A DNA stretch of 59,063 nucleotides, filler included, from Sphacelaria rigidula (Eukaryota), in the NCBI GenBank assembly GCA_964200075.2. It is 2 parts of 2 records of this genome, joined end to end, with 100 filler letters (N's around TTAATTAATTAA, not from the genome) between each part and the next. Parts side by side here need not be neighbours in the genome. Positions count along the whole stretch, not along the records: positions 1 to 29,501 come from CAXNAA020000079.1; 1 more part is not named here. One strand, 5' to 3'. The notes beneath the pieces were generated by a model. That model searched no databases. It worked only from the letters and a program-made list of their open reading frames with translations, and was not told the origin of the DNA. Position numbers and translations under genes: made by a program. Below, one piece after another: positions 11,801-26,800 of this stretch; position 1 is the first letter of the stretch, and every line of letters starts with the position of its first letter.

Positions 11801-14800
11801 GGGAGTTACAATATTCGCTGGGAGCTGATATGTAAAATGGAACATAAGCGGATGTTTTCTAGAACAGCGCATGTTTCTTGGAACAGCGAATATCATCGGG
11901 ACGAAGCCACCAAAAGTACTTTGGCACACCCAGGGAGGTACGATATCCGCTGTCAGCTCATATGAGATAATCTGCATCGGCGAATATTTCTTGGAACAAC
12001 GGGGATTTGTTGGTACAGCGAATATGAAGCGGAAACAACCGAGAAACGTACTCCGACACACCTCGGGAGCTACGATATCCGCTGTGAGCTGATATGGGAT
12101 ATTCAACATGAGCGAATGTTTTTTGGAACATCGCCTGTTTGTTGGGACAGCAAATATCATCGGGTTGGGCCTGCAAAACGTACTCTGGCACACCCAGGGA
12201 GGTACGATATCCGCTGTAGGCTGATATGGTATATTCAACATGAGCGAATATTTCTTGGGACAGCGGATATCATCGGGATTGACCTGCAAAACGTACTCTG
12301 GCACACCCAGGGAGGTACGATATCCGCTGTGGGCTGATATGAGATATTGTGCATGGGCGAATAGTCCTTGGAACAGGGAATATTTGGTGGAACAACGCAT
12401 ATTTGATGGTTCAGCGTATATCAACGGGATAAAACCGCGAAACGTACTCCGACACCCCTAGGGAGCTACGATATCCGCTACGAGCTGATATGGGATATTC
12501 AACATGAGCGAGTGTTTCTTGGAACAGCGCATGTTTCTTGGAACAGCGCATGTTTCTTGGAACAGCGAATATCAAGGGGATACAACCGAGAAAAGTACTC
12601 TGGCACACCCTGGGAGGTACGATATTCGCTGTAGGCTGATATGAGATATTATGTACGGGCTAATATTTCAATGGAACAGCGAATATGGTTGGAACATCGA
12701 ATGTTTGTTGGTACAGCGAATATTGAGGGGATAAGCCGAAAAACGTACTCCGACACATCTAGGGAGCTACAATATTCGCTGTGAGCTGATATGGGATATT
12801 CAACATGAGCGAATGTTTAAGGAACATCGCTTGCTTCCTGGAACAGCGAATATCATCGGGATGGACCTGCAAAACGTACTCTGGCACACCCAGGGAGGTA
12901 CGATATCCGCTGTGGGCTGATATGAGATAGTTTGCATGGGCGAATATTTCTTGGAACAGCGAATATTTGGTGGAACAACGCATATTTGTTGGTTCAGCGT
13001 ATATCAACGGGATAAAACCGAGGAACGTACTCCGACACCCCTAGGGAGCTACGATATCCGCTGTAGGCTGATATGGGATATTCTGCATGAAAGAATGCTT
13101 CTTGGAACATCGCATGTTTCTTGGAACAGCGTATATCATCGGGATGGACCTGCAAAACGTACCCAGGCACAACCATGGAGCTACAAAATCCGCTGTTGGC
13201 TGATGAAAGATATTCTGTATGAGCGAATATTTCTTGGAACAGCGGAAATGTGTTTGAACAACGGATATTTGTTGGTTCAGCATATATCACTGGGATGAAA
13301 CCGAGGAACGTACTCTGACACCCATAGGCAGCTACGATATCCGCTGTGAGCTTATATGAGATATTTTGCATGGTTCAAATATTTCTTGTAACAGCGGATA
13401 TTTCTCGGAACAACGGATATTTCTTGGTTCAGCGTATATTATTGGAACGAAGCCGTGAAACGTACTTTGACACCCCTAGGGAGCTACGATATTCGCTGGG
13501 AGCTTATATGGGATATTCAACATGAGCGCATGTTTATTGGAATGGCGTATGTCCTCGGGATGGACCTGCAAAACGTACTCTGGCACACCCAGCGAGGTAC
13601 GACATCCGCTGTAGGCTGATATGAGATATTGTGCATGGGCGTATATTTCTTGGAACAGCGAATATTTGTTGGAACAACGGATATTTGTTGGTTCAGCGTA
13701 TATCAATGGGATAAAACCGCGAAACGTACTCCGACACCCCAAGGAAGCTACGATATCCGCTGTGAGGTGATATGGGACAACCAACATTAGCAATTGTTTC
13801 TTCAAACAGCGCATGTTTCTTGGAAGCGCGTATATCGTCAAGATGGACCCGCAAAACGTACTCTGGCACAGCCAGGGAGATACGATATATGCTGTAGGCT
13901 GATATGAGACAGCGTGCATGAGCGAAAATTTCTCGGAACAGCGTATATTTGGTGGAACAACGGATATTTTTTTGGTTCAGCGTATATCAATGGGATGAAA
14001 CCGAGGAACGTACTCCGGCACCCATAGGGAGGTACGATCTCCGCTGTGAGCTGATATGGGATATTCTGCATGAGCGAACGTTTCTTGAAAAGCGCATGTT
14101 TCTTGGAACAGCGTTTATCATCGGGATGGACCTGCGAAACGTACTCTGGCACACCCAGATAGGTACGATATCCGCTGTAGGCTTATATGATATATTTTGC
14201 ATGGGCGAAGATTTCTCGGAACAGCGAATATTTGGTGGAACAATGGATATTCGTTGGTTCAGCGTATATCGATGGGATGAATCCGCGAAACGTACTCCGA
14301 CACCCCTAGGGAGCTACGATATCCGCTGTGAGCTGATATGGGATATTCTGCATGAGCGAATGTTTTTTGGAACATCGCATGTTTCTTGGATCAGTGTGTA
14401 TCATCGGGATGGACCTGCGGAACGCACTTTGGCACAGCCAGGAAGGTACGATATCCGCTGTAGGGTTAGGGTTAGGGTTAGGGTTAGGGTTACCCTAACC
14501 CTAACCCTAACCCTAACCTCAGCGTATATCAATGGGATGAAACCGAGGAACGTACTCCGATATCCCTAGGGAGCTACGATATCCGCTGTGAGCTGATATG
14601 GGATATTCTGCATGAGCGAATGCTTTTCGGAACATCCCATGTTTCTTGGAACAGAGTATATCATCGGGATGGACCTGCAAAACGTACTTTGGCACACCAA
14701 GGGAGGTATAATATCCGCTGTCGTCTGATATGAGATATTTTGCATGGGCGAAAATTTCTCGGAACAGCGAATATTTGGTGGAACAACGGATATTTGTTGG

Positions 14801-17800
14801 TTCAGCGTATGTCAATGGGATGAAACCCAGGAACGTACTCCGACACCCCTAGGGAGCTACGATATCCGCTGTGAGCTGATATGGGATATTCTGCATGAGC
14901 GAATGCTTCTTGGAACATCCCATGTTTCTTGGAACAGAGTATATCATCGGAATGGACCTGCAAAACGTACTCTGGCACAGCCAGGAAGGTACGATATCCG
15001 CTGTAGGCTGATATGAGATATTTTGCATGGGCGAATATTTCTTGGAACAGCGAATATTTGGTGGAACAACGGATATTTGTTGGTTCAGCGTATATCAATG
15101 GGATAAAACCGAGGAACGTACTCTGACACCCCTAGAGAGCCACGGTATCCGCTGTGACCTGATATTGGATATTCTGCATGAGCGAATGCTTCTTGGAACA
15201 TGGCATGTTTCTTGGAACAGAGTATATCATCGGGATGGACCTGCAAAACGTACTCTGGCACACCAAGGGAGGTACGATATCCGCTGTAGGCTGATATGAG
15301 ATATTTTGCATGGGCGAAAATTTCTCGGAACAGCGACTATTTGGTGGAACAACGGATATTTGTTCGTTCAGCGTATATCAATGGGATAAAACCGAGAAAC
15401 GTACTCCGACACCCCTAGGAAGCTACGATATCCGCTGTGAGCTGATATGGGATATTCTGCAAGAGCGAATGTTTCTTGGAACATCGCATGTTTCTTGGAA
15501 CAGCGTATATCATCGGGATGGACCTGCAAAACGTACTCTGGCACAGCCAGGGAGATACGATATCTGCTGTAGGCTGATATGAGATAGCGTGCATGAGCGA
15601 ACATTTCTCGGAACAGCGAATATTTGGTGGAACAACGGATATTTTTTGTCTCAGCGTATATCAATGGGATAAGATCGAGGAACGTACTCTGACACCCCTA
15701 GGGAGCTACGATATCCGCTGTGAGCTGATATGGGATATTCTGCATGAGCGAATGCTTCTTGGAACATCCCATGTTTTTTGGTACAGAGAATATCATCGGG
15801 ATGGACCTGCAAAACGTACTTCGGCACACCAAGGGAGGTACGATATCCGCTGTAGGCTGATATGAGATATTTTGCACGGGCGAAAATTTCTCGGAACAGC
15901 GAATATTTGGTGGAACAACGGATATTCGATGGTTCAGCGTATATCAATGGGATAATACCGAGGAACGTTCTCTGACACCCCTAGGAAGCTACGATATCCG
16001 CTGTGAGCTGATATGGGATATTCTGCAGAAGCGAATGTTTCTTGGAACATCGTATGTTTCTTGGAACAGCGTATATCATCGGGATGGACCTGCAAAACGT
16101 ACTCTGGCACACCCAGGAAGATGCGATATCCGCTGTAGGCTGATATGAGATAGTGTTCATGGGCGAATGTTTCTAGGAACAGCGAATATTTGGTGGAATA
16201 ACGGATATTTGTTGGTTCAGCGTATATCAATGCGACAACACCGAGGAACATACTCCGACACCCCTAGGGAGGTACGATATCCGCTGTGAGCTGATATGAG
16301 ATATTCTGCATGGGCGAATGTTTCTTGGAACATCGCATGTTCCTTGGAACAGCGTTTATCATCGGGATGAACCTGCGGAACGTACTCTGGCACAGCCAGG
16401 GAGTTACGATATCCGCTGTAGGCTGATATGAGGTTTTTTGCAAGGGCGAAAATTTCTCGGAACAGCGACTATTTGGTGGAACAACGGATATTTGTTGGTT
16501 TAGCGTATATCAATGGGATAAAACCGAGAAACGTACTCCGACACCCCTAGGAAGCTACGATATCCGCTGTGAGCTGATATGGGATATTCTGCAAGAGCGA
16601 ATGTTTCTTGGAACATCGCATGTTTCCTGGAACAGCGTATATCATCGGGATGGACCGGCAAAACGTACTCTGGCACAGCCAGGGAGATACGATATCTGCT
16701 GTAGGCTGATATGAGATAGCGTGCATGAGCGAAAATTTCTCGGAACAGCGAATATTTGGTGGAACAACGGATATTTTTTGTCTCAGCGTATATCAATGGG
16801 ATAAAACCGAGGAACGTACTCTGACACTCCTAGGGAGCTACGATATCCGCTGTAGGCTGATATGAGATATTCTGCATGAGCGAATGTTTCTTGACACAGC
16901 GAATATTTGGTGGAACAATGGATATTCGTTGGTTTAGCGTATACCAATGAGATAAAACCGAGGAACATACTTCGACACCCCTAGGGAGCTACGATATCCG
17001 CTGTGAGCTGATATGGGATATTCTGCATGAGCGAATGCTTCTTGGAATATCGCATGTTTCTTGGAACAGCGTATATCATCGGGATTGACGTGCGGAACGC
17101 ACTCTGACACACCCACGGAGATGCGACATCCGCTGTAGGCTGATATGAGATGTTTGGCATGGGCGAATATATTTTGGAATAGCGAATATTCAGTGGGACA
17201 ACGGATACTTGAGGGTTCAACGTATATCAATGGGATAAAACCGAGGAACGTACTCCGACACCCCTAGGGAGCTACGATATCCGCTGTGACCTGATATGGG
17301 ATATTCTGCATGAGCGAATGTTTCTTGGAACATCGCATGTCTCTTCGAACAGCGTTAACAACGGGATGGATCGCAAAAAGTACTCTGGCACACCAAGGAA
17401 GGTACGATATCCGCTGTAGGCTGATATGAGATAATGCGCATGAGCGGAAGTTTTTTGAAACAGCGAATATTTGGTGGAACAACGGATATTCGTTGGTTCA
17501 GCGTATACCAAAGAGATAAAACCGAGGAACGAACTCTGACACCCGTAGGGAGGTACGATATCCGCTGTGAGCTGATATGGGATATTCTGCATGAGCGAAT
17601 GCTTCTTGGAACATCGCATGTTTCTTGGATCAGCGTTTATCATCGGGATGGACCTGAGGAACGCACTTTGACACACCCAGGGAGATGCGATATCCGCTGC
17701 CGGCTGATATGAGATAGTTTGCATGGGCGAGTGTTTTTTGGAACAGCGAATATTTGGTGGAACAACGGATATTTGTTGTTTCGGCGTAGATCAATGAGAT

Positions 17801-20800
17801 AAAACCGAGGAACGTACTCTGACACCCCGAGGGAGGTACGATATCCGCTGTGAGCTGATATGGGATATTCTGCATGAGCGAATGTTTCTTGGAACAGCGC
17901 ATGTTTCTCGGAACAGCGTATATCATCGGGATGGATCTGCAAAACGTACTCTGGCACACCCAGGGAGGTACGATATCCGCTGTAGGCTGATATGAGATAG
18001 TGTGCATGGGCGAATATTTCTTGGAACAGCGAATATTCGGTGGAACAACGGATATTCGTTGGTTCAGCGTACATCAATGGGATGAAACCGAGGGACGTAC
18101 TCTGACACCCCTAGGGAGCCACGGTATCCGCTGTGACCCAATATGAGATATTCTGCATGAGCGAATGCTTCTTGGAACATCGCATGTTTCTTGGAACAGC
18201 GTATATCATCGGGATGGACGTGCAAAACGTATCCTGGCACACCAAGTGAGGTACGATATCCGCTGAAGGCTGATATGAGATATTTTGCATGTGCGAAAAT
18301 TTCTCGGAACAGCGAATATTTGGTGGAACAACGGATACTTTTTTGGTTCAGCGTATATCAATGGGATGAAACCGAGGAACGTTCTCCGACACTCCTAGGA
18401 AGCTACGATATCCGCTATGAGCTGATATGGGATATTCTGCAAGAGCGAATGTTTCTTGGAACATCGCATGTTTCTTGGAACAGCGTAAATCATCGGATTG
18501 GACCTGCTGAACGTACTCTGGCACAGCCAGGGAGGTACGATATCCGCTGTAGGCTGATATGAGATAGCGTGCATGAGCGAAAATTTCCCGGAACAGCGAA
18601 TATTTGGTGGAACAACGGATACTTTTTTGGTTCAGCGTAGATCAATGGGATAAAACCGAGGAACGTACTCTGACACCCCTAGGGAGTTACGGTATCCGCG
18701 GTGACCTGATTTGGGATATTCTGCATGAGCGAATGTTTCTTGGAACAGCGAATATTTGGTGGAACAACGGATCTTCGTTGGTACAGCGCATACCGAAGAG
18801 ATAAAACCGAGGAACGAACTCCGACACCCCTAGGGAGCTACGATATCCGCTGTGAGCTGATATGGGATATTCTGCATGAGCGAATGTGTCTTGGAACATC
18901 GCATGTTTCTTCGAACAGAGTATATCATCGGGATGGATCGCAAAACGTACTCTGGCACACCAAGGAAGGTACGATATCCGCTGTAGGCTGATATGAGATA
19001 GTGTGCATGAGCGGAAGTATCTTGAAACAGCGAATATTTGGTGGGACAACGGATATTCGTTGGTTCAGCGTATACCAATGGGATAAAACCGAGAAACGTA
19101 CTCTGACACCCCTAGGGAGCTACGATATCCGCTGTGAGCTGATATGGGACATTCTGCATGAGCGAATGCTTCTTGGAACATCGTATGTTTCTTGGAACAG
19201 CGTTTATCATCGGGATGGACCTGCGGAACGCACTTTGACACACCCAGGGAGATGCGATATCCGCTGTAGGCTGATGTGAGATAGTTTGCATGGGCGAGTG
19301 TTTTTTGGAACAGCGAATATTTGGTGGAACAACGAATATTTGTTGATTCAGCGTAGATCAATGGGATAGCACCGAGGAACGTACTCTGACACCCCTAGGG
19401 AGTTACGGTATCCGCTGTGAGCTGATTTGGGATATTCTGCATGAGCGAATGTTTCTTGGAACAGTGCATGTTTCTTGGAACAGCGTATATCATCGGGATG
19501 GATCGCAAAACGTACTTTGGCACACCCAGGGAGGTACGATATCCGCTGTAGGCTTGTATGAGATAGCGTGCATGGGCGAATATTTCTTAGAACAGCGAAT
19601 ATTCGGTGGAACAACGGATATTTTTTGGTTCAGCGTATATCAATGGGATAAAACCGAGGAACGTAGTCTGACACCCCTACGGGGCTACGGTATCCGCCGT
19701 GAGCTGATATGGGATATTCTGCATGAGCGAATGCTTCTTGGAACATCGCATGTTTCTCGGAACAGCGTATATCATCGGGATGGACCTTCAAAACGTACTC
19801 TGGCACACCAAGGGAGGTACGATATCCGCTGTAGGCTGATATGAGATATTTTGCATTGGCGAAAATTTCTCGGAACAGCGAATATTTGGTGGAACAACGG
19901 ATATTTGTTAGTTCAGCGTATATCAATGGGATAAAACCGAGGAACGTATTCCGACACCCCTAGGAAGCTACGACATCCGCTGTGAGCTGATGTGGGATAT
20001 TCTGCGAGAGCGAATGTTTCTTGGAACATCGCATGTTTCTTGGAACAGCGTAAATCATCGGGATGGACCTGCAGAACGTACTCTGGCACAGCCAGGGAGA
20101 TACGATATCCGCTGTAGGTTGATATGAGATAGCGTGCATGAGGGAAAATTTCTCGGAACAGCCAATATTTGGTGGAACAACGGATGTTTTTTTGGTTCAG
20201 CGTATATCAATGGGATAAAACCGAGGAACGTACTCTGACATCCCTAGGGAGGTACGATATCCGCTGTAGGCTGATATTAGATATTTTGCATGTGCGAAAA
20301 TTTCTCGGAACAGCGAATGTTTGGTGGAACAACGGTTTTTTTTTTGGTTCAGCGTATATCAATGGGATAAAGCCGAGGAACGTACTCCGACACCCCCAGG
20401 AAGCTACGATAGCCGCTATGAGCTGATATGGGATATTCTGCAAAAGCGAATGCTTCGTGGAACATCGCATGTTCCTTGGAACAGCGTAAGTCATCGGGAT
20501 GGACCTGCAGAACGTACTCTGGCACAGCCAGGGAGATACGATATCCGCTGTAGGTTGATATGAGATAGCGTGCATGAGCGGAAGTTTCTCGGAACAGCGA
20601 ATATTTGGTGGAACAACGGATGTTTTCTTGGTTCAGCGTATATCAATGGGATAAAACCGAGGAACGTACTCTGACATCCCTAGGGAGCTACGATATCCGC
20701 TGTAGGCTGATATGGGATATTCTGCATGAGCGAATGTTTCTTGGAACAGCGAATATTTGGTGGAATAACGGATATTCGTTGGTTGAGCGTTTACCAAAGA

Positions 20801-23800
20801 GATAAAACCGAGGAACGTACTCCGACACCCCTAGGGAGCTACGATATCCGCTGTGACCTGATATGGGATATTCTGCATGAGCGAATGTTTCTTGGAACAT
20901 CGAATATTTGGTGGAACAACGGATGTTCGTCGGTTCAGCGTATACCAAAGAGATAAAACCGAGGAACGTACTCCGACACCCCTAGGGAGCTACGATATCC
21001 GCCGTGAGCTGATATGGGATATTCTGCATGAGCGAATGTTTCTTGGAACATCGCATGTTTCTTGGAACAGCGTAAATCATCGGGATGGACCTGCGGAACG
21101 CACTCTGACACACCCAGGGAGATGCGATATCCGCTGTAGGTTGATATGAGATAGCGTGCATGAGCGAAAAATTCTCGGAACAGCGAATATTTGGTGGAAC
21201 AACGGATCTTCGTTGGTTCAGCGTATATCAATGGGATAAAACCGAGGAACGTACTCTGACATCCCTAGGGAGCTACGATATCCGCTGTGAGCTGATATGG
21301 GATATTCTGCATGAGCGAATGTTTCTTGGAACAGCGAATATTTGGTGGAACAACGGATCTTCGTTGGTTCAGCGTATACCAATGAGATATAACCGAGGAA
21401 CATACTCCGACACCCCCAGGGAGCTACGGTATCCGCTGTGAGCTGATATGGGATATTCTGCATGAGCGAATGTTTCTTGGAACATCGCATGTTTCTTCGA
21501 ACAGAGTATATCATCGGGATGGATCGCAAAACGTACTCTGGCACACCAAGGAAGGTACGACATCCGCTGTAGGCTGATATGAGATAGTGTGCATGAGCGG
21601 AAGTATCTTGAAACAGCGAATATTTGGTGGAACAACGGATATTCGTTGGTTCAGCGTATACCGAAGAGATAAAACCGAGGAACGTACTCTGACACCCCTA
21701 GGAAGCTACGATATCCGCTGTGACCTGATATGAGATATTCTGCATGAGCGAATGCTTCTTGGAACATCGCATGTTTCTTGGAACAGCGTTTATCATCGGG
21801 ATGGACCTGCGGAACGCACTTTTACACACCCAGGGAGATGCGATATCCGCTGCAGGCTGATATGAGATAGTTTGCATGTGCGAAAATGTCTCGGAACAGC
21901 GAATATTTGGTGGAACAACGAATATATTTTTGGTTCAGCCTACATCAATGGGATGAAACCGAGGAACGTACTCCGACACCCCTAGGGAGCTACGATATCC
22001 GCTATGAGCTGATATGGGATATTCTGCAAGAGCGAATGTATCTTGGAACATCGCATGTTTCTCGGAACAGCGTAAGTCATCGGGATGGACCTGCAGAACG
22101 TACTCTGGCACAGCCAGGGAGATACGATATCCGCTGTAGGTTTATATGAGATAGCGTGCATGAGCGAAAATTTCTCGGAACAGCGAATATTTGGTGGAAC
22201 AACGGATGTTTTTTTGGTTCAGCGTATATCAATGGGATAAAACCGAGGAACGTACTCCGACATCCCTAGGGAGCTACGATATCCGCTGTAGGCTGATATG
22301 GGATATACTGCAGGAGCGAATGTTTCTTGGAACAGCGAATATTTGGTGGAACAACGGATATTCGTTGGTTCAGCGTATACCAAAAAAAAAAAACCGAGGA
22401 ACGTACTCCGAAACCCCTAGGGAGCTACGATATCCGCCGTGACCTGATATGGGATATTCTGCATGAGCGAATGTTTCTTGAAACATCGAATATTTGGTGG
22501 AACAACGGATATTCGTCGGTTCAGCGTATACCAAAGAGATAAAACCGAGGAACGTACTCCGACACCCCGAGGGAGCTACGATATCCGCCGTGAACCGAGG
22601 AACGTACTCCGACACCCCTAGGGAGCTACGATATCCGCCGTGAGCTGATATGGGATATTCTGCATGAGCGAATGTTTCTTGGAACATCCCAATTTCTTGG
22701 AACAGCGTATCTCATCGGGATGGACCTGCGGAACGCACTCTGACACACCCAGGGAGATGCGATATCCGCTGTAGGTTGATATGAGATAGCGTGCATGAGC
22801 GAAAATTTCTCGGAACAGCGAATATTTGGTGGAACAACGGATGTTTTTTTGGTTCAGCGTATATCAATGGGATGAAACCGAGGAACGTACTCTGACATCC
22901 CTAGGGAGTTACGATATCCGCTGTGAGCTGATATGGGATATACTGCATGAGCGAATGTTTCTTGGAACAGCGAATATTTGGTGGAACAACGGATCTTCGC
23001 TGGTGCAGCGTATACCAATGAGATAGAACCGAGGAACATACTCCGACACCCCCAGGGAGCTACGGTATCCGCTGTGAGCTGATATGGGATATTCTGCATG
23101 AGCGAATGTTTCTTGGAACATCGCATGTTTATTCGAACAGAGTATATCATCGGGATGGATCGCAAAACGTACTCTGGCACAGCAAGGAAGGTACGATATC
23201 CGCTGTAGGCTGATATGAGATTGTGTGCATGAGCGGAGGTTTCTTGGAACAGCGAATATTTGGTGGAACAACGGATATTCGTTGGTTCAACGTATACCAA
23301 TGAGATATAACCGAGGAACATACTCCGACACCCCCAGGGAGCTACGATATCCGCTGTGACCTGATATGGGATATTCTGCATGAGCGAATGCTTCTTGGAA
23401 CATCGCATGTTTCTTCGAACAGCGTATATCATCGGGATGGACGTGCGAAACGTACTCTGGCACACCAAGTGAGGTACGATATCCGCTGTAGGCTGATATG
23501 AGATAGTTTGCATGTGCGAACATTTCTCGGAACAGCGAATATTTGGTGGAACAACGGATACTTTTTTGGTTCAGCGTATATCAATGGGATAAAACCGAGG
23601 AACGTACTCCGACACCCCTAGGAAGCTACGATATCCGCTATGAGCTGATATGGGATATTCTGCAAGAGCGAATGTTTCTTGGAACATCGCATGTTTCTTG
23701 GAACAGCGTATCTCATCGGATTGGACCTGCAGAACGTACTCTGGCACAGCCAGGGAGATACGATATCCGCTGTAGGCTGATATGAGATAGCGTGCATGAG

Positions 23801-26800
23801 CGAAAATTTCTCGGAACAGCGAATATTTGGTGGAACAACGGATGTTTTTTTGGTTCAGCGTAGATCAATGGGATAAATCCGAGGAACGTACTCTGACATC
23901 CCTAGGGAGCTACGGTATCCGCTGTGAGCTGATATGGGATATTCTGCATGAGCGAATGTTTCTGGAACAGCGAATATTTGGTGGAACAACGGATCTTCGT
24001 TGGTTCAGCGCATACCAATGAGATATAACCGAGGAACATACTCCGACACCCCCAGGGAGCTACGGTATCCGGCGTGACCTGATATGGGATATTCTGCATG
24101 AGCGAATGTTTCTTGGAACATCGCATGTTTATTGGAACAGCGTATATCGTCGGGATGGACCTGCGAAACGTACTCTGGCACAGCCAGGGAGATACGATAT
24201 CCGCTGTAGGCTGATATGAGATATTGTGCATGGGCGAATATTGTTTGGAACAGCGGATATTTGTTGGAATAACGGATATTCGTTGGTTCAGCGTATATCA
24301 ATGGAATGAAACCGAGGAACGTACTCAGACAACCCTAGGGAGCTACGATATCCGCTGTGAGATGATCTGGGATAGTCTGTATGAGCGAATGTTTCTTGGA
24401 ACATCGCATGTTTCTTGGAACAGCGTTTGTCATCGGGATGGACCTGCGGAACGCACTTTGACACACCCAGGGAGATGCGATATCCGATGCAGGCTGATAT
24501 GAGATAGTTTGCATGGGCGAGTGTTTTTTGGAACAGCGATTATTTGGTGGAACAACGGATATTTGTTGTTTCAGCGTAGATCAATGGGATAAAACCGAGG
24601 AACGTATTCTGACACCCCTAGGGAGTTACGGTATCCGCTGTGAGCTGATTTGGGATATTCTGCATGAGCGAATGCTTCTTGGAACAGCGCATGTTTCCTG
24701 GAACAGCGTATATCATCGGGATGGATCGCAAAACGTACTCTGGCACACCCAGGGAGGTACGATATCCGCTGTAGGCTGATATGACATAGTGTGCATGGGC
24801 GAATATTTCATAGAACAGCGAATATTTGGTAGAACAACGGATATTTGTTGGTTCAGCGTACATCAATGGGATAAAACCGAGGAACGTAGTCTGACACCCC
24901 CACGGGGCTACGGTATCCGCCGTGAGCTGATATGTGTTATTCTGCATGAGCGAATGCTTCTTGGAACAGCGCATGTTTCTTGGAACAGAGTATATCATCG
25001 GGATGGACCTGCAAAACGTACTCTGGCACACCGAAAGAGGTACGATATCCGCTGTAGGCTGATATGAGATATTTTGCATTGTCGAAAAATTCTCGGAACA
25101 GCGACTATTTGGTGGAACAACGGATATATTTGTTGGTTCAGCGTATATCAATGGGATAAAACCGAGGAACGTACTCCGACACCCCTAGGGAGCTACGATA
25201 TCCGCTATGAGCTGATATGGGATATTCTGCAAGAGCGAATGTTTCTTGGAACATCCCATGTTTCTTGGAACAGCGTAAATCATCGGATTGGACCTGCAGA
25301 ACGTACTATGGCACAGCCAGGGAGATACGATATCCGCTGTAGGTTGATATGAGATAGCGTGCATGAGCGAAAATTTCTCGGAACAGCGAATATTTGGTGG
25401 AACAACGGATGTTTTTTTGGTTCAGCGTATATCAATGGGATAAAACCGAGAAACGTACTCTGACACCCCTAGGGAGCTACGATATATGCTGTGAGCTGAT
25501 ATGGGATAATCAATATGAGCGAATGATTCTTGGAACAGCGCATGTTTCTTGGAACAGCGAATGTAATCGGGATGGATCGCAAAAGTCACTCTGGCAAACC
25601 CAGGGATATGCGATATCCGCTGTAGGCTGATATGAGATAGCGTGCATGAGCGAAAATTGCTCGGAACAGCGAATATTTGGTGGAACAACGGATATTTGTT
25701 GGTTCAACGTAAATCAATGGGATGGAACCGAGGAACGTACTCTGACACCCCTAGGGAGCTACGATATCCGCTGTGAGCTGATTTGGGATATTCCGCATGA
25801 GCGAATGTTTCTTGGAACAGCGAATATTTGGTGGAACAACGGATATTTGTTGTTCCAGCGTATACTAATGAGATAAAACCGAGGAACATACTCCGACACC
25901 CCTAGGGAGCTACGATATCCGCTGTGAGCTGATATGGGATATTCTGCATGGACGAATGTTTCTTGGAACATCGCATGTTTCTTGGAACAGCGTATCTCAT
26001 CGGGATGGACCTGCGGAACGTACTCTGACACACCCAGGGAGATGCAATATCCCCTGTAGGCTGATATGAGATAGTTTGCATGGGCGAATATTTCTTGAAA
26101 CAGCGAATATTTAGTGGAACAACGAGTATTCGTTAGTTCAGCGTATATCAATGAAATAAAGGCCGAGGAACGTTCTCCGACACCCCTGGGAGCTACGATA
26201 TCCGCTGTAAGCTGATATGGGATATTCTGCATGAGCGAATGCTTCTTGGAACAGCGCATGTTTCTTGGAACAGCGTATATCATCGGGATGGATCGAAAAA
26301 CGTACTCTGGCACACCCAGGGAGGTACGATATCCGCTGTAGGCTGACATGAGATATTTTGCATGAGCGGGAGTTTCTTGAAACAGCGGATATTTGGTGGA
26401 ACAACGGATATTCGTTGGTTCAGCGTATATCAATGGGATAAAACCGAGGAACGTACTCCGACACCCCTAGGGAGCTACGATATCTGCTGTCAGCTGATCT
26501 GGGATATTCTGCATGAGCGAATGTTTCTTGGAACATCGCATGTTTCTTGAAACAGCGAATATCATCGGGATGGACCTGCGAAACGTACTCTGGCACAGCC
26601 AGGGAGATACGATATCCGCTGTAGGCTGATATGAGATGGTGTGCATGAGCGGAAACTTCTCGGAACAGCGAATATTTGGTGGAACAACGGATATTCGTTG
26701 GTTCAGCGTGTACCAATGAGGTAAAACCGAGGAACGTACTCCGACACCCCTAGGGAGTTACGAAATCCGCTGTGAGCTGATATGGGATATTCTGCATGAG

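Noticed and set aside
14461-14518. Ancestral chromosome end-to-end fusion site, or a coding (RV)n(TL)n peptide
   Set aside because: The flanks are the two halves of the same monomer type in direct orientation and register, with no subtelomeric sequence. The peptide is just the translated telomere repeat.
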